Assembly (NCBI GenBank): GCA_032372955.1
Contig: GCA_032372955.1_4725.1
DNA from: Escherichia coli
GTDB lineage: Bacteria > Pseudomonadota > Gammaproteobacteria > Enterobacterales > Enterobacteriaceae
Direction: 5' to 3' (one strand)
Length of the DNA: 64,000 nt
Shown: positions 28,479 through 36,569 of the stretch, in pieces
How positions within the stretch are numbered: position 1 is the stretch's first letter
How the letters are laid out: the number at the start of each line of letters is the position of its first letter
Notes under the pieces: generated by a model
Database searches by the model: none
What the model was told of the DNA's origin: nothing
What the model saw: only the letters and a program-made list of their open reading frames with translations
Made by a program: the position numbers and the translations under genes

Positions 28479-29381
28479 ATGGCAATCGATTTTAAAGAAT
28501 TCATTCGCGGTTTGAAGCCGCTTTTTAAACGCACCGGTGTTGCTGACGCACTCGAATCAATCCGTGACGAAATCAACAACACCGCGATTCCTTACTACGA
28601 GACATCCGCTTCGCTTCTCCAAAAGGGAGAAAGCGCCTTATGGAAACTTGCTGATAAGGATCTGCACCAGCGTTTAACCCGCGTTCGCTCTGGAAGCTGG
28701 GTAGAAAACGTTCACTTAGCGCTACGTAATGCTGTTGACCTGATTCCGGAAATTGTTAAACGTGTTAACAAAAACCTGGAAATCGATGTTGCTGCTGACG
28801 GCCTAAGTTTCAAAGAAGCCGCTCTGGTACGTCTTGTTGAGTCCCTGGGCTTCTACGTTAGCTACGCTCGTACGCTGCTTCGTGCGACGGTCATCTGCGA
28901 AAGCATGCCAGGTGGTGATAAAGCACTTGGTGAGTTCTTCACCAAAAACGAGATTGCTTACCTGACCGCCAACATGTACGGTTTCGCCATTGCCACCGAA
29001 GTGCTGTGCGGACAGAAACAACAGATCCTTGCTGGGTTGGATAAAATCCCGGATGTTGTGGTTTCTGATGAAGACGGTGTTGGTAATGGCTTATACAACG
29101 CGGGTAATACTGACCCGATGCGTATGGGATCATGGTCCGACACTCAAATGACCAACACGCTTATTTACCGTTATCGCATCTGGCGCAGCGAACGTGAAGA
29201 AGCGTCGTTACAAGCAGCCAAAGAAGAAGCCCAAGCGTTGGAGTATTGGATTTTGTCACTGAAGCAAAAGCAACAGAATGCGGGCAACGATCCAAAAATC
29301 CAGCAGCAGATCGAATATCACGAAGAGCGACTGAAGAAACTTCGTTATGATATTAAACGAAAAGAAGAGGCGGCCGTATGA
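28479..29381 (+). CDS. Hypothetical protein (300 aa)
   Basis: ORF; stop overlaps the next start. Confidence 0.55.
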   Translation: MAIDFKEFIRGLKPLFKRTGVADALESIRDEINNTAIPYYETSASLLQKGESALWKLADKDLHQRLTRVRSGSWVENVHLALRNAVDLIPEIVKRVNKNLEIDVAADGLSFKEAALVRLVESLGFYVSYARTLLRATVICESMPGGDKALGEFFTKNEIAYLTANMYGFAIATEVLCGQKQQILAGLDKIPDVVVSDEDGVGNGLYNAGNTDPMRMGSWSDTQMTNTLIYRYRIWRSEREEASLQAAKEEAQALEYWILSLKQKQQNAGNDPKIQQQIEYHEERLKKLRYDIKRKEEAAV

Positions 29382-29908
29382 ATGCACTTCGTGACGTCCC
29401 TTTAACGTTATACGGTACCGGGTTCTTTGGATTTCCGGTTAACGGTGTAAAACGCCAGGAGAACTACGATCGTGACGTTGTTAGTTTGTATCAGCGTCTG
29501 GTCGACGGTACTCCTCTCGATGACTGGAAATATGAGCGTCAGGTTCTTTCTACCCTTTATCGTTTGATGTACCCCATCACCGATTGGGTGGAAATGAACA
29601 GCCATAACCCAAATCTGAACTTCACCAGTCTGGAGTTTATCCGTGATACACTGCGGTTCATTCACACGGGTAGACGAGACACGAACGTTCAGATTGCGGG
29701 TCAATTGATTGATAACTGGTCGGATCGTCAGTCATTAAGTTCACACCAACGTCTGGAAAGCAGCGGTAAACTTATGAGTTATATCACGTTGTCAGACGAA
29801 GAGATGGTGCGTACTTGGCTCCATTGGGACAATGGCATCCAGGACATCATATGTACTTTGAATGCGGTGTTTGGGCAACCTATGGCACCGGGTTTTAAGG
29901 GCTTTTAA
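29378..29908 (+). CDS. Hypothetical protein (176 aa)
   Basis: ATGA overlap with the upstream gene; an 8-bp hairpin spans its stop codon. Confidence 0.5.
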   Translation: MNALRDVPLTLYGTGFFGFPVNGVKRQENYDRDVVSLYQRLVDGTPLDDWKYERQVLSTLYRLMYPITDWVEMNSHNPNLNFTSLEFIRDTLRFIHTGRRDTNVQIAGQLIDNWSDRQSLSSHQRLESSGKLMSYITLSDEEMVRTWLHWDNGIQDIICTLNAVFGQPMAPGFKGF

Positions 29909-29972
29909 GTGAGCTGACGGTTCACTTAAGCCGCATTAGCTAATGTGCAATTTATTGTAAAGGAAACAAATT

Positions 29973-31295
29973 ATGCCTTCTATTTTTGATCGTCTTGTCG
30001 CAAATCCATCTAACGCACAGCTGGTTCAACTGGCTGCTGAGATCGACCCGGATGCAGCGGCAACCGTTGAAGCAGAACCGGCAGCTGATGCTGCAGCAGC
30101 GGATGAAAACGCTGTAGCTGAACTGACCGAACGTGCTGAAATCGCTGAAGATACCGCAGCTGAAACCGAACTGGCTATCGAAGTTCGTGGTGATATCGAG
30201 CAGGTTGACGCTGTTGTTATCGAAATTGCAAAAGACGACGAAACCGCAGAAGCCATGGATGATGCCATGGATGAACTGACGGAAACCGTTGTCGCAACCG
30301 AAAGCTACCTGAAAGACGGTGGTATGTCTGCACAAACCGCTCAGGAACACATGCGTAATCTGAAACGTCTGTGTGGTACTATCGGTTTCAAAATGCCGGA
30401 AACCATGCCGTCCTTCGAAAGCTTCGGTGGTTCCGCTTCCCGTTACGATGCAACCAACATGATCTTCCTGGAAGAACAAAAATGGTGGCAGAAACTGTGG
30501 GCAACCATCAAGAACTTCCTGAAAACTTCCTGGGAAACCTTCGTGAAGTTCATGGATCGCATCTTCGACGGCGCGACCAAACTGAAAGCACGTGCTGCTA
30601 AACTGAAAGAAATGATCGCCAAGCGTAAAGGCGTTGCTAAAAATACCAAAGTTAAACTGGGTAGCGGCGTTTCTGGCTACATCGGTGGCGACGATCTGGT
30701 TACCGGCGCGACCAAAATCGCTGACACCTTCGAGAAAGCAATGAAGGCTGCTGACGATCGTGCTGATAAATTCGTTGGTACCGTTGTCGCTAAATCTCAC
30801 ACCGAGTACGCTGATAAACTGAACGCTCCGGCGATTGCTGACGTTGCTGGCCCGGCAGGTTGGGGCTTCAAAGCCAACGATGGTAAAGTAACCTGGGAAC
30901 GCTCTGGCGAAGCAAAAGAAGTTGAAGCTACCGTCCTGTCCCTGAACCAGCTGGCTGCTGCGGTTAGCGGTGTTGAAGTACTGGCTGACAAACTGCTGGC
31001 GCTGAAAGGCAACATCGGTAAGAAATCCCAGGGCTTCAAAGACGCTGTTAAATTCGGTGACGATATGGAAGCCGATCTGTCTAAGAAAGGCGAAGTTTCC
31101 GCTCAGGAAAAACAGCGTGTTCAAGCTGTACTGTCTGCACTGAAAGACGCACGTTCCTGCTACGTGAACCCGCAGACTGGTCTGATGAAATACGGTGTTC
31201 AGGCAGGTAACGCTGTCCTGGATGGCGTTGCTAAAATGCTGAAAGAGTACGGCGGCCAGGCGGCTGAGAAACCGGCCGACGCAGCACAGCAGTAA
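29973..31295 (+). CDS. Abundant virion protein, paralog family member 1 (acidic Ala/Glu-rich N-terminal region)
   Basis: Strongly host-optimised codons (CTG, CGT, GGT, AAC, GAA) produce a full-length mirror ORF on the minus strand; N-terminal 100 aa rich in A-x-E motifs; W/K-rich amphipathic segment WWQKLWATIKNFLKTSWETFVKFM. Confidence 0.6.
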   Translation: MPSIFDRLVANPSNAQLVQLAAEIDPDAAATVEAEPAADAAAADENAVAELTERAEIAEDTAAETELAIEVRGDIEQVDAVVIEIAKDDETAEAMDDAMDELTETVVATESYLKDGGMSAQTAQEHMRNLKRLCGTIGFKMPETMPSFESFGGSASRYDATNMIFLEEQKWWQKLWATIKNFLKTSWETFVKFMDRIFDGATKLKARAAKLKEMIAKRKGVAKNTKVKLGSGVSGYIGGDDLVTGATKIADTFEKAMKAADDRADKFVGTVVAKSHTEYADKLNAPAIADVAGPAGWGFKANDGKVTWERSGEAKEVEATVLSLNQLAAAVSGVEVLADKLLALKGNIGKKSQGFKDAVKFGDDMEADLSKKGEVSAQEKQRVQAVLSALKDARSCYVNPQTGLMKYGVQAGNAVLDGVAKMLKEYGGQAAEKPADAAQQ

Positions 31296-31316
31296 TCAGT
31301 TAATAAACTGACATAT

Positions 31317-31360
31317 CCCCCTCTCCCAACCCGTAAGGGAAGGGAGAGGGTTCTATGCCG
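31317..31360 (+). terminator. GC-rich hairpin followed by TTCTATGCCG
   Basis: CCCTCTCCC-aacccgtaagggaa-GGGAGAGGG, then TTCTATGCCG; lies between paralog genes. Confidence 0.5.
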
Positions 31361-31398
31361 CTCAGGTTTATCTTTTGAATCATTACTGGAGACAACAC

Positions 31399-32715
31399 AT
31401 GGTACACATACCGCTATTTGCGACCCAGGGCGATATCAGCCTTGAGGCGTTTGAAAAAGATCCTATTGTTGCTGAGGCGCTTGCTGTGGAGCCTACAGCC
31501 GATGTCATCGATGCCGATGGCGTTGAATTACGTTTAGCGACAATCGACGAACATGAAGATGCACTTGATCGTGCTTTCCCTGCTGTTGCTGCATTACGGG
31601 AAATCAGTTTTGATGTTGCTCCGACTATCGAATCGGCTAACTACAGTGACGTTGCATTAGTTCGTAACGTGCAAGAATCCGCATCGATTGCTCTGGGTCT
31701 ACCCTCCGAAGCATTGCTGACTCCAACCGATCGTGTTGAGGTTGGAGAAGCTTTGGTTGTTGAAGGGTTTAAGGACACCGTTGTAAAAGCCATGAAAAAG
31801 ATCTGGGATATCATCGTTGATATTGCCCTGACCCTGGCAGCAGCCTTCGAGAAGCTTACCCGTCTTGTTTACGACGAGACACGCAATTTTCAGAAAGCCG
31901 TTGCAGACCTCGAACAAATGCCTAAAGGTAAATACGAGGAAAATAAAGAAGTTGCGTTTAAAGCGGAGTGGCGGACACTTTTCCCTAACCGTAACAACGT
32001 TGGTGGCGTAGACACGCTGAAAAGCAACATCGATACCTTCAATCAGATGTTCCTTAAATCAGATGGTTATTCGGTTATTGATGGTTTAGGATTAAACATC
32101 ATCGACTTCCATTTAGATATGGTTGAAAAACTTCCCGTTGATTATCTGTCTTTCTTGCACGCTGTCAAATCGACACTGGAAAATCGCGGTTCCGTGGAAG
32201 GTGCTGACGTTATCACCCCGACGGTTTCCGGAAAACGTATCCGCTACATCAACGGCGCAGTCTTCTTGAAAGAATTCGACGCATCAAAAGACAATATCAT
32301 CGATGCGGTTAAACGTTACCTCGACTTGGATATTGTCGTTGACGATGTTGAATGGGATAACGATCCAGAAACGTACGTCCTACCGACACCTGACGATTTG
32401 CGTAGCGTTCGACAACTGACGTTCGCGAAAGATCTGTTGATGGTAACAAAACGCGGACGCGCTTTCTCTGAGATATTCTCTCGCAATAAAATCCGTACCA
32501 TGGAGCGCATCCAGGAAATCACCATGAAACGCTTCAACGAGCAGAATTTTGATGCGAGCTACCAACAGTACATCGAGATCTATCCTAAGCTCGTTAAGCG
32601 TGCGATTCTGCTTTGCGGTAAAGAGAACCGTATTGAAAACCAATTCGCTTACCAATATCTTCGTGCATTGACCTCATTTATCAACACTCTCGTTAAAGCT
32701 TATACCAAAGGTTAA
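31399..32715 (+). CDS. Virion protein, paralog family member 2
   Basis: VALVRNVQESASIALGL ... VVEGFKDTVVKAMKKIWDIIVDIA collinear with member 3; ATG at 31399 follows GGAGA (track start 31375 is TTG). Confidence 0.6.
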   Translation: MVHIPLFATQGDISLEAFEKDPIVAEALAVEPTADVIDADGVELRLATIDEHEDALDRAFPAVAALREISFDVAPTIESANYSDVALVRNVQESASIALGLPSEALLTPTDRVEVGEALVVEGFKDTVVKAMKKIWDIIVDIALTLAAAFEKLTRLVYDETRNFQKAVADLEQMPKGKYEENKEVAFKAEWRTLFPNRNNVGGVDTLKSNIDTFNQMFLKSDGYSVIDGLGLNIIDFHLDMVEKLPVDYLSFLHAVKSTLENRGSVEGADVITPTVSGKRIRYINGAVFLKEFDASKDNIIDAVKRYLDLDIVVDDVEWDNDPETYVLPTPDDLRSVRQLTFAKDLLMVTKRGRAFSEIFSRNKIRTMERIQEITMKRFNEQNFDASYQQYIEIYPKLVKRAILLCGKENRIENQFAYQYLRALTSFINTLVKAYTKG

Positions 32716-32724
32716 GGAACTAAC

Positions 32725-34014
32725 ATGGCCCGCATCTCTCTTTTTGATAACGTCAATAAAAACGCATTCGAACTCGCTTTGCTGAGCGCCGAAGATCTTC
32801 TTGCGACAATTCCAGCGGAGCAAAATGATCCCAACGCAGAAATCGAAGAGGACGAAGTTGAGTTGGTGATTCGACGCACCGACGAGACGATCGATGAATC
32901 CAGCGAACTGGCTGAAATTGCAGTGCGTACTTCAGCAACGCTGGAAGATACCGCATACATGATCGCACCTACGATCCCTGAAGCACGTGCGAGCGACATC
33001 GCCCTTATCCGTCAGATTGCTTCGACGTCAGCAGCTAACCTGGGGATGTCTGATGAAGACATGTTCCAAGCTGACGATCGTTTGGTGGAAGGGCAAGCTA
33101 TTGTGCTGGAAGGCTTTAAAGAACGCGCCGCGCAAGCGTTATACGCAGTTTGGGTAATCATTGCGAACATGGCTGAACAGTTATGTAAGCTGATTCAGCT
33201 GCTTTTCAAAAACCTTGCGGTAGCGTATAAAAAAATTACCGATGTTGCAACCGCTGTAAATAAAGGCGAGCGTCACATCAAACAACTAAATAAACCGACC
33301 GGGAATATGATTAGCATGTTCCCTAACGCAAAAACGGTTAACGCGTTGGAGATTCGTAAACATATTGAGCAGTTGGCGGCATCCACACAAGCATCCTCTT
33401 TTTTACTACTCCAAACCGACGACATTAACAAGAAAGTTAATAAACTAACTGATTTGACGACACTTGCCGATATTCTGGACGATTATATTTACGCTATCAA
33501 GCCTGCGTTAAAAGGACTCAAAATACCAGAAAGCGGTGGGAAACGTTACGTCGTTAAAGGTCTCGACGCTCTTATGGCTGAGAAAGATACCATTAAGGCC
33601 TGCGCGCTCGTGAAGAATATTCAGATCGAAGTGGAAGAAACCGCGACTGGTAGTATCGAAAACGCGAACATTTTCAATAACGACGACGAATTGAAAGCCG
33701 CACTGACCTCGTATCTTAACGTATTTCGTATTGTTGACCCTGCATATTTCCGCCAGACCGAAAGTTTAACGAGTACTGTCGAACGTACTGCTAAACTAAA
33801 CGGTATGAAAATTAAAACTAAATGGGACGGTATGCTCGACAATCTGCCGGAAGCAGATCGTGAAACCGTTCGTCCTTATATAAGCGCCATCTCAGAAATG
33901 GCGCGCTTGAGCGCGGTATTAGCAGCTAAGATCCTCCGTGTTGCTAACCGTCAATATGCGGATGCTGTATTTGCTGCTGCGAAATACTTCGATGCCGTAA
34001 CCGAAAAAGCATAA
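32725..34014 (+). CDS. Virion protein, paralog family member 3
   Basis: IALIRQIASTSAANLGM ... VLEGFKERAAQALYAVWVIIANMA collinear with members 2 and 4. Confidence 0.6.
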   Translation: MARISLFDNVNKNAFELALLSAEDLLATIPAEQNDPNAEIEEDEVELVIRRTDETIDESSELAEIAVRTSATLEDTAYMIAPTIPEARASDIALIRQIASTSAANLGMSDEDMFQADDRLVEGQAIVLEGFKERAAQALYAVWVIIANMAEQLCKLIQLLFKNLAVAYKKITDVATAVNKGERHIKQLNKPTGNMISMFPNAKTVNALEIRKHIEQLAASTQASSFLLLQTDDINKKVNKLTDLTTLADILDDYIYAIKPALKGLKIPESGGKRYVVKGLDALMAEKDTIKACALVKNIQIEVEETATGSIENANIFNNDDELKAALTSYLNVFRIVDPAYFRQTESLTSTVERTAKLNGMKIKTKWDGMLDNLPEADRETVRPYISAISEMARLSAVLAAKILRVANRQYADAVFAAAKYFDAVTEKA

Positions 34015-34023
34015 CCACCATGT

Positions 34024-34065
34024 CCCTTCCTCCAACCCAACAGGGAAGGAGGAAGGTTTATGGCG
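34024..34065 (+). terminator. GC-rich hairpin followed by TTTATGGCG
   Basis: CCTTCCTCC-aacccaacagggaa-GGAGGAAGG, then TTTATGGCG. Confidence 0.5.
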
Positions 34066-34162
34066 TTGGTATCCGGTTATCTTTTGACTTCTGAATCAAC
34101 GGTTCAGAAGGTAAATGGCGGACATGATCACCCGCCAAGATTTTCCTACGTAGGAGTTCCAA

Positions 34163-35464
34163 ATGGAAAACGTGTTACAACAACCCATGACATCGTTGTT
34201 TCAAGGGATTGATGATGAACCTGTAGAATCGTTCGGTATCGCTGGCAACGTTCTCGATGCCAGTAATATTGAGAATCAGTTTCACTCAATCGACGAAACA
34301 AACACGGTGATGAAAGAAGGTGAACAACACCTTCAAACATTAAATAAACTCAGGCTGGATATTGTCCCAAACATGGCTGAAGTTGAAGAACGCGATATCA
34401 GCACCATCAAACATATCGCATCGACCGCAGCAGCCGGAATGGGAATGGACCCAAACCACATCATCGAGGGCCTGGAAGAGGAAACTTCCAGCGGGATGAG
34501 CTTGAACATGGAAAGTTTTGACAAGACCGCAAAAGAAGCAACCCGAGCATTATGGCTTTACATGAACGAATTGTACCGCTACGCGATCGATATCTGCAAT
34601 CGTTGTTATCGTCGATTCGTTCGTCAGGTGAAGCCGTTATTAAAGAAAGCGGCTGCGTTGAAAACTATTTCCGAATACGATGTTAATGAAGATAACGCAT
34701 TCTGGGAGAACTTTCCTTACAACTGGCGATATCTTCATCCGAAAGGCGGTGCGGTAAACAGTATTGCTGATCTACGGCAAACCGCAGAAAACATCGTAAT
34801 GAACACAGGAATCCTCGCAGCATGGCATCGTCAACTCGATCCGTTATTAATGCAGCTACTAAAAGCACCGTCAGTGGATAACAAAGAAGGTATCGCTGCA
34901 GAAAACGAAGCCTGTTGGGAGAATATTCTCGAGGTCATCAACGATGCGTTATGCGAGAAGCCGTTAAAGCCTACCGGAACAGACGATATCGTCGTTGACG
35001 TACCTGTTGGTGCTTCCTATCTTAAAGTACACAACATCGAAGACGCAACAGGAACGCAATTCAGCGTTGTGTGGGAAGCCGTATCTTTCCAATCGGCAAA
35101 AGATGGATTCCGTTTCTTACCGTTAAACGATGTTATCGACGGAACCAACGCGATCATCAACGCATTAAGTACGTTATGGTCTACGCTACGACAGTTGGAA
35201 TTTAAACGTTGTCTTGAAGCAAGCCTTGCCGACCAGGACGAATGGATTCAACCTTACGAGCGTTTGCTACAACAGATGGACAACAACGATACCGCATCAT
35301 CCGCTATCGTTCAACGTGTGGGTATCGCGCGTAACGTCGTCGGCTTCCAGGCGGTTGCTTTTGCCCGATTCCTGTTAACTGTCTGCGACGTCATCGACGG
35401 TCTTAACGATTATCTTGACGCGCATCTCGAACTTGAGGAAACCAGCAATGCTGCAGACCTATGA
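34163..35464 (+). CDS. Virion protein, paralog family member 4
   Basis: ISTIKHIASTAAAGMGM ... AKEATRALWLYMNELYRYAIDI collinear with members 2 and 3; AGGAG ribosome-binding site. Confidence 0.6.
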   Translation: MENVLQQPMTSLFQGIDDEPVESFGIAGNVLDASNIENQFHSIDETNTVMKEGEQHLQTLNKLRLDIVPNMAEVEERDISTIKHIASTAAAGMGMDPNHIIEGLEEETSSGMSLNMESFDKTAKEATRALWLYMNELYRYAIDICNRCYRRFVRQVKPLLKKAAALKTISEYDVNEDNAFWENFPYNWRYLHPKGGAVNSIADLRQTAENIVMNTGILAAWHRQLDPLLMQLLKAPSVDNKEGIAAENEACWENILEVINDALCEKPLKPTGTDDIVVDVPVGASYLKVHNIEDATGTQFSVVWEAVSFQSAKDGFRFLPLNDVIDGTNAIINALSTLWSTLRQLEFKRCLEASLADQDEWIQPYERLLQQMDNNDTASSAIVQRVGIARNVVGFQAVAFARFLLTVCDVIDGLNDYLDAHLELEETSNAADL

Positions 35465-36554
35465 TGGACAGATTCAAGCGTTAAGCTTGTTAAAAACATT
35501 ACCTGTGCCAGAGACAGCAACGCAACGACAAATTCACCAGCTTATTTATCAGCAGGCGGGCGGTATGCTGCCGACCAGTTATACCACAGAAAGTGCTGAT
35601 CTCCTCACGATGGAATCGTACAATCAGCTTGCGATGAAAATTATCAAAGCTATCATCGATGCGATCTGGACAACGTTGCGGAACATTACTGCGTTTATCG
35701 CCAGGTTTATCGATCGTAGTCGCGCACTACAGCTCGAACTCAGCAATATCCGTCGTCACTACACAAAAGCCGTTGGTCGTAAACCCATCGCGCAAAGCTT
35801 CGAAGCTTCGACGACGCTGGCCCCACACTTACGGTATGGGAACAGTTTTGGGTTCGATTTCACAACCGGGAATACGCTATACAAACAGAATTTAGCAATC
35901 GCTGAATATCTCTTGTCTTCGTCGTTCCGTGATGATTTCAAGCAGTTCGCTAATACGTTAGATAGAGCGCTCGACATTATCTTAAAACAGACGGATACCG
36001 CATTAATCGATGTGATTAACCGTGATGCGTACACGTTATTGCATAAAGTCTACAGTACGCTGAACGAATCGAGACTTGTCAATGTAACGTTACTGGGCAA
36101 CCGTACGCTACGACTCGATCAGGTTACCGCCTCAGGTTCCGGATCAATTCAACAGTCCCTCGCCATTCAATCTGCACGGTTTGAAGTCCAGGATGTACCG
36201 TCCATTGAACGGGATATGGTGGTTACAACGCCAACATTAGAACAAGTTGGTGTGCTACTCGAGTCTGTAAATACGGGTGTTGATTTGCTGGTTAGTTACC
36301 ATCGTAAAAAGTACGCCAACGAGTTACTCGAAATCGCAGGGAATCTACAAGCAAAACTTAACGACGTTTATCGTCAACAAGGTCAGTTGTCAGTTGCTAC
36401 TGCTTCTGATGATGCTATGGTAGCCCTTTCTCGATACCTTACAGCGTATACCGCGTGGATCAAGGTGCCGCTTGTGGGCTATGCCGAGTTCTTTACGAAT
36501 TCAACAGCGGCTATGCTTGATGTCTCTCGCGAGGCGCTGAAATATTACTTTTAA
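35448..36554 (+). CDS. Virion protein, probable divergent paralog family member 5
   Basis: AMKIIKAIIDAIWTTLRNITAFIARF amphipathic block; ATG at 35448 follows GAGGAA and overlaps the upstream stop by 17 bp. Confidence 0.5.
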   Translation: MLQTYDGQIQALSLLKTLPVPETATQRQIHQLIYQQAGGMLPTSYTTESADLLTMESYNQLAMKIIKAIIDAIWTTLRNITAFIARFIDRSRALQLELSNIRRHYTKAVGRKPIAQSFEASTTLAPHLRYGNSFGFDFTTGNTLYKQNLAIAEYLLSSSFRDDFKQFANTLDRALDIILKQTDTALIDVINRDAYTLLHKVYSTLNESRLVNVTLLGNRTLRLDQVTASGSGSIQQSLAIQSARFEVQDVPSIERDMVVTTPTLEQVGVLLESVNTGVDLLVSYHRKKYANELLEIAGNLQAKLNDVYRQQGQLSVATASDDAMVALSRYLTAYTAWIKVPLVGYAEFFTNSTAAMLDVSREALKYYF

Positions 36555-36569
36555 GAGGAATAACGCTTT

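Noticed and set aside
29952-31124. 390-aa minus-strand ORF opposite the first virion paralog gene
   Set aside because: Same mirror-ORF artifact of codon-optimised sense-strand coding; the translation is Phe/Ser/Cys-rich and implausible as a protein.
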